The notes: generated from the sequence alone by a model not told the origin. Counted from the first letter of the stretch, positions 1-9,090 are shown. The stretch is 62,771 nucleotides of DNA from Candidatus Acetothermia bacterium (GCA_022683945.1 JAJHSH010000005.1:1-62771), one strand, 5' to 3'. A program made the numbers and translations.

Positions 1-1
1 G

Positions 2-334
2 GGAGGTAGTCCGTGGCGCAAGCTGCGGGAGCTGGGGGTGAAGGTGCCCAAGGAATTTGCGGTGCTGCCGCCCATGGTGTTGGATCGGCTCTCGACAGAT
101 TGGGTGCTGGGCCCTGGTAACCATCTCTTGACCCATTACACCCGGCCACTGAAGTGGCGGGCTGGAAGCTACAAAGCCCGCTGGCGCGGGCTGAGAGTCT
201 CCGCCAGGAGACTTTGTAAGCCCAGCTCGCGGCTTCAGCCGCCGAGCACAACTGACCGACGATCCCTCTTCATTCACTGCAAGCGCATAGCTAGCTCTGT
301 CAGCGTAGGGATGGAGAAGCGTTGTATCAGATAG
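2..334 (+). CDS. possible 3' end of an unknown gene entering from the left edge, reading through a repeat element
   Basis: Frame is open from position 2 (GGSPWRKLRELGVKVPKEF...) to a stop at 334. No recognisable motif. The distal part is repeat-derived and overlaps yggT. Confidence 0.3.
   Translation, partial: GGSPWRKLRELGVKVPKEFAVLPPMVLDRLSTDWVLGPGNHLLTHYTRPLKWRAGSYKARWRGLRVSARRLCKPSSRLQPPSTTDRRSLFIHCKRIASSVSVGMEKRCIR
141..247. repeat. REPIN-like four-hairpin palindromic element (family B)
   Basis: Hairpins GCCAC-TGAA-GTGGC, AGCCCGC-TGGC-GCGGGCT, AGTCTCC-GCCA-GGAGACT and GCGGC-TTCA-GCCGC, with ~36-nt imperfect terminal inverted arms. A homologous copy lies at 43906-44015. Confidence 0.8.
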
Positions 335-579
335 AGCAACAGAATCAGAATTAGGGGTGACAGGTCAATCATAGGGGTCGTAAAGCGCCGGAGGAGAAAG
401 TAGCGAATGGGGGCCAAGAGAGGTTCGGTCACGGTGTCGAGAAAGCGCACAATCGGGTTATACGGGTTGGGCTGCACCCAACTGATGAGCGCCCGCGCGA
501 TGAGAATCCAGATATAAATAGTAATCGTCCAGTTCAGAATGTCGGCAATGGCCAGAATGAGATTCTTCAGGGCAAACAT
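274..579 (-). CDS. yggT: YggT family membrane protein
   Basis: IYIWILIARALISWV.PNPYNPIVRFL..VTEPLLAPIR...IDLSP signature. Confidence 0.93.
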   Translation of the reverse strand: MFALKNLILAIADILNWTITIYIWILIARALISWVQPNPYNPIVRFLDTVTEPLLAPIRYFLLRRFTTPMIDLSPLILILLLYLIQRFSIPTLTELAMRLQ

Positions 580-594
580 AATAGTTATTATACT

Positions 595-637
595 AAAAAA
601 GCGACCGGCTCCGGTAGTGCAGACTCTGGGAGCCGGT
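595..637 (-). terminator. intrinsic terminator downstream of ORF 646-1011
   Basis: ACCGGCTCC/GGAGCCGGT stem followed on the minus strand by CGC-TTTTTT. Confidence 0.6.
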
Positions 638-645
638 ATGAAAGA

Positions 646-1011
646 CTACTCTTGTGCGACAAGTGCGACGGCGGGCTGGAAAGGTTCGCTCTCCGGGCGC
701 TGAGGAACAAAAGCGACCGCCAGATGCGATACGGGATCGCCTGTAGGGGGCAGCGTCAGTTTCAGTCTTTGCCCGTGTTGCTCCACCTGACTTGGTAATT
801 CTACCCAATGCCCCGCTTCGTTCAGGAAGAGCAGGGCTTGGACTTCTTGGCCCTGCCAGTCTGGGGGCATCTTTATAGAAAGCTCGATCTCTTCAGCGGC
901 GAACCCTCCTACCAGGAGGTCGAGAAAGCGCAGGGCGCTGGCGGGCAAGTGGGTGCTCGTTTTTTCTTTCTCCAGTGAGATTGCGCCTGCGATATCTGTC
1001 GCTTGGTTCAT
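646..1011 (-). CDS. hypothetical protein resembling the C-terminal domain of the neighbouring beta-helix protein
   Basis: AAGGAGG SD. By-eye similarity: DLLVGG..IELSI...LLFLNEAGHWVEL versus GLLVSG..VQLEI...LLYLDRATNSWKRL. Confidence 0.7.
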   Translation of the reverse strand: MNQATDIAGAISLEKEKTSTHLPASALRFLDLLVGGFAAEEIELSIKMPPDWQGQEVQALLFLNEAGHWVELPSQVEQHGQRLKLTLPPTGDPVSHLAVAFVPQRPESEPFQPAVALVAQE

Positions 1012-1176
1012 GGCAAGGCGCCTCCTTAGCTCGTTTTGTGTATTTTATTGCTCCTGGGGCGGCTCCGTCAAGAGACCGCTCCTCCTTCTCCACGAAAACT
1101 ACAATAGTTCTACTGAGTGCTATCGAGTCCCATCCTCCTTTCACTTCTTTTTCTTTCCCTTTCTCGTATTTCACCC

Positions 1177-3540
1177 CTACTTCGATCCCGTAGCTAGAGC
1201 AATCGGCGGTGCGGTGTTCAAGAGGGCTACCGGGATCTCGGCCAAGACGATATTGGTCTGCGTCTTGACGAAACAGCCCTCCAAGCGCTTCCAACTGTTC
1301 GTCGCTCTGTCTAAATAGAGCAGACAGAGCTTGCTCTCTTCGGTGACGCCGGCGGCTCTCAGTTCGGCATCGGTGTACTCGATCTCTAACTGTACCGTGC
1401 CGGTGCGCACGCCGCTCACTAAGAGACCGATCACTTTCACCGGGGTCTCCAGAGGCTTGATCTGCTCTGGGAACCCCGCGCGATATTTCGCTACAATCAC
1501 TACGCCATCGGCGCTGATGTCCACATCAAAGAAGCGTATGTGAGTGTCTGCTTGGTTCGTCGCATCGAAGACCGCGCGCCCGTTGCCGAATTTTCTGATG
1601 ATCCAGCCCATGACGGAGTTCTCCAGAAGCTCGTTCATCGGGGCGAGGAGCCAAGGCAGGACGATGGGACACGGATTGGGCCCCGTTTCGGTCCCTTCGG
1701 CAGTGCAGTCACGGTTGACGCGTATGCCGACAGCGGCGTTCCCGCGGCCCTCAAAGATTCCCGAAGGCCCGTTGGGATCGCCCCACCAGTTGCGATCCGC
1801 ACGGATCGTCTTCTCATCCAGACCCGCCGCCAGGCGCAGCCCAAACTGCTGATTGCTCACGATGTCATTGAACTCCAGATCGGCCCCGGAAGCACCAGCG
1901 CTCAGATCGACGCCGCCCTGCCGGTTTTGCACGATCTTATTGCGCTCAAAAGTAACAGTGTTCGTCTCTTGGAAGAGCACGCCGGCCCAATAGTTGAGCG
2001 TCACGGTATTTTGGCGGATATCCAAATCGCTCGCGCCTTGGGCAAAGACCCCGTGCCATTGGTTGGCCTCGATGAGATTCCCCGTCAGGTCGGCGTTCTT
2101 CGCCCCATTGACGATCTTGACGCCCTCGCGCTCGTTCTCGCGAATCTGATTTTGCAAGAGCGTGTTGTCATTGGCGCCGTCTAAAACAACGCCGGCATCG
2201 CCGTTGGAGAGAATAAAATTCTCGCGCAGCGTATGGCGGCTGGCTTTTTCTAAGAACACGCCGACTTTACCGTTGTTTTTGATGGTGTTATTGACCAGAG
2301 TGTCATTGCGAGTTTTTTCTCCCAGATAGATGCCGTGGCCGTTGTTGCCCTCGAGTTCGTTCGATCTAAAAGTATTTCTCCCGTCGCTCTCTTGGAGGAA
2401 GATGCCCTCTTCTTGACTCTCTTTGATGGCGTTGGAAGTAAACGTATTATTGCTAGGGGCGCGCCCCGATTCTTGAGCGACGAGTTTGACGCCGAAGCCG
2501 TTGTTGCTCAGCGCGTTATGCTGAAGATTGTTGCCGCTGACGTCGCCGGAGAGCAAGATGCCCTCGGCGCCGGCGCGCGCGTTGTTATAAATTTTATTTC
2601 CCTGGACGGAATTGCGCTTGGCCGAGCGCTCACCCTCTTTGAGAGCCAGACCACCAGCGCTGTTATGGAAGATCTCGTTCTCACGAATCTCGTTATTGTC
2701 AGAGGCTTGGACGGTGATCCCGTAGACTCCGCTCGTTGTGATGTTGTTTTTCAAGATGACAGCCCCGTTGGCTCGGTCTAATTTAATGCCGTCCATAGCG
2801 TTGTGGGCGATCTGGTTGTTAGAAATCTCTGCGCCGTCGTTCTCGGAGACGAGCGCGCCTTCGCCTCTATTGAGAATGATCTCGTTGCGACTGAGGATGG
2901 CGCGATCGCTGTCTTTGCTTAAAAAGACGCCGATGCTGCCGTTGCTGCGGATCTTGTTCTCTTCGGCGCGCAGCCCGGTGCTCGCCTCGTCGACTTTGAG
3001 GCCTTCGCCGCCGTTGTTGAAGATCTCGTTTCGCAACAACACGACGCCGTCGGCCCCGCCGACGATCAAGACGCCGGCACCCGCAGAGTTACGGAATTTA
3101 TTATTGGAGAGAGCCGCGTTGTCGCCGGTGATCTTGATGGCGTTCTCCGCCTGATCGGCGTCCACATCAAAGCCGACGAAAAGCACATTTTTGGCTTTAA
3201 TTTCGACAGCACCGATAATTTTCGTCTTATCGCGCCCGGCGCGGGAGATCCACTGAAGCCCCTTGACGTCAATGGCGTTCTCGCCGGTGAGGCTCTCTTT
3301 ATACGTACAGGGCGCGACGACGATCACGCCGAACTCCGAGCGGGGCTTGATCCGCCCTTCTCGGGCGAACTGCAGCGCGGCCGTCAGCGTCTTGTACTGA
3401 TAGGGCATTTCGACGGGATAGGTACAATCAACGAAGATCACAGAGCCCCGGGTGTTCTGGGCAGGGGCGTTCACGGAGACGGCGATGGCTAAGATGGCCA
3501 AAACAAGAACTGCGCCCGCGATGCGGGTCAGAATGCGCAT
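1177..3540 (-). CDS. secreted right-handed parallel beta-helix (NosD/pectin-lyase-like) repeat protein
   Basis: Signal peptide MRILTRIAGAVLVLAILAIAVSVNA, many ~22-aa N.I..N...G(I/V) repeats and an NWWG..GP cap. A GAGGTGA SD places the start at 3540. Confidence 0.85.
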   Translation of the reverse strand: MRILTRIAGAVLVLAILAIAVSVNAPAQNTRGSVIFVDCTYPVEMPYQYKTLTAALQFAREGRIKPRSEFGVIVVAPCTYKESLTGENAIDVKGLQWISRAGRDKTKIIGAVEIKAKNVLFVGFDVDADQAENAIKITGDNAALSNNKFRNSAGAGVLIVGGADGVVLLRNEIFNNGGEGLKVDEASTGLRAEENKIRSNGSIGVFLSKDSDRAILSRNEIILNRGEGALVSENDGAEISNNQIAHNAMDGIKLDRANGAVILKNNITTSGVYGITVQASDNNEIRENEIFHNSAGGLALKEGERSAKRNSVQGNKIYNNARAGAEGILLSGDVSGNNLQHNALSNNGFGVKLVAQESGRAPSNNTFTSNAIKESQEEGIFLQESDGRNTFRSNELEGNNGHGIYLGEKTRNDTLVNNTIKNNGKVGVFLEKASRHTLRENFILSNGDAGVVLDGANDNTLLQNQIRENEREGVKIVNGAKNADLTGNLIEANQWHGVFAQGASDLDIRQNTVTLNYWAGVLFQETNTVTFERNKIVQNRQGGVDLSAGASGADLEFNDIVSNQQFGLRLAAGLDEKTIRADRNWWGDPNGPSGIFEGRGNAAVGIRVNRDCTAEGTETGPNPCPIVLPWLLAPMNELLENSVMGWIIRKFGNGRAVFDATNQADTHIRFFDVDISADGVVIVAKYRAGFPEQIKPLETPVKVIGLLVSGVRTGTVQLEIEYTDAELRAAGVTEESKLCLLYLDRATNSWKRLEGCFVKTQTNIVLAEIPVALLNTAPPIALATGSK

Positions 3541-3671
3541 AGAGACGTCACCTCGCTCAAAGATGCAGACCAACCTCCACGTGATGGTCGGCCCTCATTA
3601 TAGGGTACTGGGTCCCTAAAAGTATGTAACTGGCATTACTGGGAAGTCGGATTTTTGAGGGATTATCGGCT

Positions 3672-4085
3672 CTAGAGCACGGCGCTTCTCAGCTTTTGCA
3701 CTTCTCTTCTGATAAACTCAACGATCTCTTGCGTCGAAGCCCCCGGCCCGAAGAGCCCCTTCACGCCCATCTGCTCTAAGATGGGCTTGTCTTCGTCTGG
3801 GATGATCCCGCCCCCCAGCAATAAAACATCGGTCATCCCGGATTGCTTCATCGAGTTCATTGCCTTCTTGAAGATCGCCAGATGCGCTCCCGATAAGATA
3901 CTGAGACCAATCACGTCCACATCTTCTTGGAGGGCGGCCTTCACGACCTGTTCGGGCGTATTGTGCAGGCCCGTGTAGATGACCTCCATGCCCGCATCGC
4001 GCAGCGCGCGCGCGACGACTTTGACGCCGCGGTCGTGCCCGTCCAGCCCCGCCTTGGCCATCAGCACTCGAATGGGGCGATCCAT
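3672..4085 (-). CDS. cobalamin-binding small subunit of acyl-CoA mutase (IcmB/McmA2-like)
   Basis: GLDGHDRG (DxHxxG), GLSILSGAH and GGIIP motifs. Confidence 0.93.
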   Translation of the reverse strand: MDRPIRVLMAKAGLDGHDRGVKVVARALRDAGMEVIYTGLHNTPEQVVKAALQEDVDVIGLSILSGAHLAIFKKAMNSMKQSGMTDVLLLGGGIIPDEDKPILEQMGVKGLFGPGASTQEIVEFIRREVQKLRSAVL

Positions 4086-4110
4086 AAGCTGCCACCTCTC
4101 TGTCAACTGA

Positions 4111-4150
4111 CCCTCACCCTGCCCTCTCCCTGAGAGGGAGAGGGGGTTAG
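4111..4150. repeat. CCCTCACCC/CCCTCTCCC palindromic element (family A)
   Basis: CCCTCACCCTG-CCCTCTCCC-TGAGA-GGGAGAGGG-GGTTAG between the two mutase genes. Confidence 0.75.
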
Positions 4151-5802
4151 ACCATTGCCGGTTCGCGATAGGCTCCGTGAACTTTCTTTAAGACCTCCAT
4201 GATTTCGCCTACGCTCGCGTAGGCTTTCACGGCCTCTAAGATATAGGGCATCGTATTCTGTCGTCGGCGCGCAGCTTCTTCCAATCGGTGCAGCGCGCCC
4301 GCGACGGCGCGGGCGTCGCGTTCTTCACGAACTCGCTTCAAACGCTCGATCTGCCGTCGCTGCACTTCGGGGTCAATCTTGAGCGTGGGCACTTTTTGAT
4401 CTTGCTCCCTAGGGATCGTGTACTTATTGACCCCGACGATTGTCTGCTCTCCCGATTCGACTTGCTTTTGGTACTCATAGGCGGCTTGGGCGATCTCGCG
4501 CTGGAAGAAGCCCTGCTCAATTCCCCGAAAGACCCCCTCTAAGATGCTGCCGTGGCCCAGTCTTTCGATCTTGTGAATATATTCGAGGGCTTTGCGCTCG
4601 ACTTCGTTCGTGAGGGCTTCGACGAAATAGCTGCCCGCCAGCGGGTCTATCGTATCGGCGACGCCCGACTCGTAGGCGATGATCTGCTGGGTGCGCAGCG
4701 CGATGCGCACGGCCTCTTCGGTGGGCAGCGCCAGCGCTTCGTCATAAGAGTTGGTGTGTAAGCTCTGCGTGCCGCCCAAGACCGCCGCCAGCGCTTGCAA
4801 CGTCACGCGAATAATATTATTTAAGGGCTGCTGCTCTGTCAGTGAACAGCCGGCGGTCTGGGTGTGAAAGCGCAGCTTCCAGCTCTCCGGGTTTTGGGCG
4901 CCATAGCGCTCGCGCAGAGCGCGCGCCCAGATGCGTCGCGCGGCCCTAAATTTCGCGATCTCCTCAAAGAGCGAATTATGCGAATTGAAGAAGAAGCTCA
5001 GCTGGGGAGCAAACTCGTCAATCTCTAAGCCCCGTTGCAGTGCCGCTTCGACATAGGCCATGCCGTCGGCCAGCGTGAACGCCAGCTCTTGCACGGCCGT
5101 CGAGCCGGCCTCGCGAATGTGATAGCCTGAAATACTAATAAGATTAAATTTGGGCGTCTCTTTGATCCCGAATTCGAAAATATCTACGATCAAGTCTACA
5201 GAGGGTCTTGGGGGGACGACCCACTCTTTCTGGGCGATGAACTCTTTGAGCATGTCGTTCTGGATCGTACCGCGCAGCTTTTTGCGGTCCACGCCCTGTT
5301 GGTCTCCAATGGCGATATACATCGCATAGATGACCGGCGCGCTGGGATTAATAGTAAAACTTGTCGAGACGCGATCTAAGGGGATGCCATCGAAGAGAAT
5401 CTCAAAATCTCTGAGGGTCGCGATGGCAACGCCCTCAACGCCGACCTCGCCATCGGCGAGAGGGTGATCGCTATCCAGCCCCATCAGAGTGGGCATATCG
5501 AAGGCCGTAGAGAGTCCGGTCTGACCCTCTTTTAAGAGATACTTGAATCTCTGGTTGGTCTCTTCGGGGCCGCCGAAGCCCGCGAATTGGCGCATCGTCC
5601 AGAGCCGTCCCCGGTACATGGTGGGATAGACGCCGCGGGTGTAGGGGTACTCACCGGGATAGCCTAGATCTCTTTCATAATCTAACTCTTTGATCTCTTC
5701 GGGGGTGTAGAGCCGAGCGATCTCTTCATTGGAGACGGTGATAAATCTCTCTCGTCGCTCCGGGGATTTTTTCTCTCTTTCGGTCTGCACGTGAGTCTTC
5801 AT
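4147..5802 (-). CDS. acyl-CoA mutase large subunit, isobutyryl-CoA-mutase-like
   Basis: [44 protein letters not shown] and QSLHTN motifs. A GGAGG SD precedes ATG 5802. Confidence 0.9.
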   Translation of the reverse strand: MKTHVQTEREKKSPERRERFITVSNEEIARLYTPEEIKELDYERDLGYPGEYPYTRGVYPTMYRGRLWTMRQFAGFGGPEETNQRFKYLLKEGQTGLSTAFDMPTLMGLDSDHPLADGEVGVEGVAIATLRDFEILFDGIPLDRVSTSFTINPSAPVIYAMYIAIGDQQGVDRKKLRGTIQNDMLKEFIAQKEWVVPPRPSVDLIVDIFEFGIKETPKFNLISISGYHIREAGSTAVQELAFTLADGMAYVEAALQRGLEIDEFAPQLSFFFNSHNSLFEEIAKFRAARRIWARALRERYGAQNPESWKLRFHTQTAGCSLTEQQPLNNIIRVTLQALAAVLGGTQSLHTNSYDEALALPTEEAVRIALRTQQIIAYESGVADTIDPLAGSYFVEALTNEVERKALEYIHKIERLGHGSILEGVFRGIEQGFFQREIAQAAYEYQKQVESGEQTIVGVNKYTIPREQDQKVPTLKIDPEVQRRQIERLKRVREERDARAVAGALHRLEEAARRRQNTMPYILEAVKAYASVGEIMEVLKKVHGAYREPAMV

Positions 5803-5851
5803 GCGGCCTCCGCGTTCTCGCTTTTGTTCTATTATTATAGTAAAAAATCGC

Positions 5852-7159
5852 TCAGGAGCCAATATCCCGGCGATAGTGCATCCCCTGAAATCGGATCTGT
5901 GCGATAGCCGCATAGGCGCGCTCGCGGGCTTCGCTCACGGAAGAGCCAAACCCTATGATATTGAGCACGCGGCCTCCTGCTGTCACGACTGTGCCGTCTT
6001 TAAGCGCCGTGCCCGCGTGAAAGACGAGTAGATGGCCCTCACCCCCAGCCCCTCTCCCGTCCGTCAAGACGGGAGAGGGGTGCCCGCAGGGCGGGGTGAG
6101 GGCCTCAAGCCCTTCAATCACACAGCCCCTCTCGTACTGTTCGGGGTACCCCCCAGAAGCCAAGACGACGCAGACAGTGCTGAGAGGCTTGAGCTTCGTC
6201 TCAAATCTCTCTAACCGACGCTCCGCGATCGCCCGATAGAGTTCGAGCAGATCGAAGTCGAATCTTGGGACTAGGACTTGGGTTTCGGGGTCGCCGAAGC
6301 GCACGTTATATTCGATCACATACGGGCCGTTCTCCGTCCAGATGAGCCCAAAGTAGAGAATGCCCTCGTAGCCGATATTCTCTGCGCGCAGCGCTTCAAA
6401 CGTCGGCGCGACGATCTTTCTCACTGTCTCGTCTAGCATCTCTTTAGTGAGCCAGGGCACAGGTGAGATTGAGCCTATGCCGCCAGTGTTGGGGCCGCAG
6501 TCGCCGTCAAGCAGTCTTTTATAGTCTTGGGCCGCGCCCAGAAGCCTCCAAGAGACGCCATCAGAAGCGACGAAGAGAGAGAACTCGCGCCCGACCAAAA
6601 AATCTTCGATGACCACGCGCCCTGAGGCTGCACCGAACTTCTTTGAGATTATAAAATCGCGCAAAATCTGTTCGGCTTCGGGGTGTGTCTGAGCGATAGC
6701 GACGCCCTTGCCCGCGGCCAGACCGTCGGCCTTGATGACCAATGGCGTTTGCATCGTCTGTGCAAACGCGGCGGCTTGACCGAAGTCAGTGAAGCTGGCG
6801 TGTCGTGCCGTAGGGATGCCGTGTTTGTGCAGAAACGCTTTTGCTTGGACTTTGCTGCCTTCTAGAAAAGATGCTTTCTGAGTAGGTGCAATAATTTTTA
6901 GATTTTCTCTCTCGAAGGGGTCGCGAATGCCGGCGACGATAGGGGCTTCCGGGCCGACAATCGTTAAGTCGATCTGTTCTCTTCGAGCGAACTGGGCAAG
7001 TTCCGAGAGATTCTCCGCGCCGATGGGGATATTTTGGCCGAGCTGGGCCGTGCCCGCGTTGCCGGGGGCAATATAGAGCTTTGAGAGCTTAGGAGATTGC
7101 GCCAGTCCCCAAGCCAAAGCATGTTCGCGTCCGCCGGAGCCGATTAAGAGAATCTTCAT
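5852..7159 (-). CDS. purD: phosphoribosylamine--glycine ligase
   Basis: [41 protein letters not shown] and GGRVL motifs. Carries an in-frame palindrome insertion. Confidence 0.97.
   Translation of the reverse strand: MKILLIGSGGREHALAWGLAQSPKLSKLYIAPGNAGTAQLGQNIPIGAENLSELAQFARREQIDLTIVGPEAPIVAGIRDPFERENLKIIAPTQKASFLEGSKVQAKAFLHKHGIPTARHASFTDFGQAAAFAQTMQTPLVIKADGLAAGKGVAIAQTHPEAEQILRDFIISKKFGAASGRVVIEDFLVGREFSLFVASDGVSWRLLGAAQDYKRLLDGDCGPNTGGIGSISPVPWLTKEMLDETVRKIVAPTFEALRAENIGYEGILYFGLIWTENGPYVIEYNVRFGDPETQVLVPRFDFDLLELYRAIAERRLERFETKLKPLSTVCVVLASGGYPEQYERGCVIEGLEALTPPCGHPSPVLTDGRGAGGEGHLLVFHAGTALKDGTVVTAGGRVLNIIGFGSSVSEARERAYAAIAQIRFQGMHYRRDIGS
6034..6104. repeat. family A palindromic element inserted in frame in purD
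   Basis: Outer stem GGCCCTCACCCC/GGGGTGAGGGCC, inner stem CCCCTCTCCCGTC/GACGGGAGAGGGG and small hairpin GCCC-GCA-GGGC. Confidence 0.85.
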
Positions 7160-7370
7160 AAGCTCACTTGGCTGCGCTCAAAGTCGCTCAAGTTGCCGGA
7201 TGCTGAATCCACCGGCGCAAAGATCAGTGTAGCACCTTTTTAGGAAGCCATCAAGATTTCTTGCTCATGGCAGCTTTTGCAGGCCGTGCCTGCCCCCAAA
7301 CCCCTTTGGCACTCAGCCCGCTTTCGCTGTATAGTTTATTCTGATCAAGCAAGAGAACCGACAAGACGCG

Positions 7371-7838
7371 ATGAAGACGCTCATCCTCGGGCTGGGGAAC
7401 GAATTGCTCGGCGACGACGCCGTCGGGATCTTGGCCGCGCGCGCTCTCAAAGAGAAGCTCAAAGACCAGGCCGACGTCGTCGAGAGCGCTCTCGTAGGAG
7501 TGGCCCTGCTTGATCTCTTTGTCGGTTACGAGCGCGCCCTCATCATTGATGCCGTGAAGACAGGACGAAGCCCTCCGGGAACGGTCTATGAATTAACCCC
7601 CAGCGATCTCGGAGCTGTGCGTGCGCCCTCTCCCCACTACGCGGGCTTGCCCGAACTCTTGGCGCTTGCCCGGCAACTACAAATTGACTTCCCCAAAGAG
7701 ATCAAAATCTTCGCGCTCGAAGTGGAAGACCCCTACACGATCGGCGGCAAGCTGAGCAAGCCTGTGCAGCAAGCGTTAAAAGAGTTGGTGCGACGGGTGC
7801 AACAACAGATCGTTCGCTGGAGACGAGGCGATGGCTGA
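7371..7838 (+). CDS. hydrogenase maturation protease (HycI/HyaD family)
   Basis: GLGNELLGDDAVG, IIDAV and SPH motifs. Confidence 0.9.
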   Translation: MKTLILGLGNELLGDDAVGILAARALKEKLKDQADVVESALVGVALLDLFVGYERALIIDAVKTGRSPPGTVYELTPSDLGAVRAPSPHYAGLPELLALARQLQIDFPKEIKIFALEVEDPYTIGGKLSKPVQQALKELVRRVQQQIVRWRRGDG

Positions 7839-7852
7839 CAGCGCATTCGGCC

Positions 7853-7902
7853 ACCCTTACCCTGCACCCTCTCCCTGCTAGGGAGAGGGACGGGGTGAGG
7901 GT
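7853..7902. repeat. family A palindromic element
   Basis: ACCCTTACCCTGCACCCTCTCCCT-GCT-AGGGAGAGGGACGGGGTGAGGGT, nearly identical to 53866-53915. Confidence 0.85.
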
Positions 7903-7998
7903 TCTCAGCTTAATCTGCTATCGAAATCCGCTGTCGGCTCTCTGAGTGATCGCGGTGGCGGAGTAAGGGTGCAAGCTGGACTGGTCAGATTGTGAAAA

Positions 7999-8457
7999 TC
8001 ATGATTTGAGTATCTTATCCAAAACTTGGGAGGCAGCGCGCTCGACTTCGGGCGAGAGCCCCTCGCCCGCTGCGAAATTCTTCCCCTCGATACCGTAGAC
8101 GATCAGTCTCTTGGGGAGCTGGCCCAGCGACCGCGCCAGCTCAATGGCTTCAGCGACGCTGAAGGCGTGCGTCGAGCAGTGAAAGAACTTCGTTGGGATC
8201 GGCTGGTGATGCGCCTCGAAGCGAAAGATCGTCCCCGGCTCCGCGCCGGAGTGAACGGCGTCTATTAAGATAACTCTCTCTCTCCCCTGCCAAGCCTCAA
8301 TGAGGGCTGCCCCTTCGCTGCTCATCTCTAAAATCTCGACGTGATCGAGATCTTTCTCGCGCAGAGCGCGGGCGACGATCAACCCAACGGCGTCGTCGCA
8401 ACGATAGGGGTTACCGACGCCGATGACGAGAATGTGGGATTCGTTACAAAATGACAT
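7999..8457 (-). CDS. hydrogenase maturation protease (HycI/HoxW-like)
   Basis: GVGNPYRCDDAVG, LIDAV, STHAFSVAEAIEL and GEGLSPEV motifs. Confidence 0.9.
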   Translation of the reverse strand: MSFCNESHILVIGVGNPYRCDDAVGLIVARALREKDLDHVEILEMSSEGAALIEAWQGRERVILIDAVHSGAEPGTIFRFEAHHQPIPTKFFHCSTHAFSVAEAIELARSLGQLPKRLIVYGIEGKNFAAGEGLSPEVERAASQVLDKILKS

Positions 8458-8866
8458 CCTGTGAGCCCGTCTTCTGAAAATGCTGATCGAATGCGAAGAA
8501 TCTCCGGATTCGCTGAGTTTGCATCACGGCCAAGCTCAAGGCGTCAACGAACGAGAGCTTGGGGTCGGCATCTTTTCTAAAGATCTCTTTGGCAACCTCA
8601 ATCAGGATGTCGTCTATATCAATGACTTGGAAGAGCTGTACGGCTTTGCCTTCTTCGATCAGTCTCAAGAAATCTTGAGCGGCCTGATAGCCCAACTTTC
8701 GGCGGATCAGCGTAGCGCTCTCAGCCAAGACGTGATCGGTAAGCACAAAGAGCGTGCCTTCGGAAAGTAGCCTCTCATATGCCTTCTTCGCCGTATCATG
8801 ATGGTCATCCCTGCGAGCGGCCAGCGCGTAGAACGCCGAAGTATCTATAAAAACCCGCTGGTTCAT
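8444..8866 (-). CDS. vapC: PIN-domain toxin (VapC family)
   Basis: VFIDTSAFYAL...D.HH, LSFVDALS and FAFDQHF motifs. Confidence 0.9.
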   Translation of the reverse strand: MNQRVFIDTSAFYALAARRDDHHDTAKKAYERLLSEGTLFVLTDHVLAESATLIRRKLGYQAAQDFLRLIEEGKAVQLFQVIDIDDILIEVAKEIFRKDADPKLSFVDALSLAVMQTQRIRRFFAFDQHFQKTGSQDVIL

Positions 8867-9090
8867 TCGTAAAGAACCTGATCGTGGTGCTCCGAGACTT
8901 TGCCCCTCGTTCCGTCGCCAAGTCCAACCAAGCGCAACCCAAACTCCTTTTGCACCTGTTTGAGATCCTCTGACTTGAGCGGCTTAAACCAGCCTACAGG
9001 CCGACCACGCGATGTGATCAAGATCGCTTCGCCATTTTGAATAAGATCACCTAACGAAGCTTTGAACTCACGCACACCTAACACCTTCAC
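8863..9090 (-). CDS. Phd/YefM-type antitoxin
   Basis: VREFKASL...GEAILITSRGRPV; 4-nt overlap with the PIN gene. Confidence 0.8.
   Translation of the reverse strand: MKVLGVREFKASLGDLIQNGEAILITSRGRPVGWFKPLKSEDLKQVQKEFGLRLVGLGDGTRGKVSEHHDQVLYE

Noticed and set aside
1331-3272. Several 60-214-aa ORFs overlapping the beta-helix gene
   Set aside because: Alternate-frame or antisense products of a repetitive coding region.
6034-6104. 71-nt branched structure as a tRNA or intron
   Set aside because: No T-loop/D-loop consensus or CCA end; it matches the dispersed family A repeat and keeps the purD frame.
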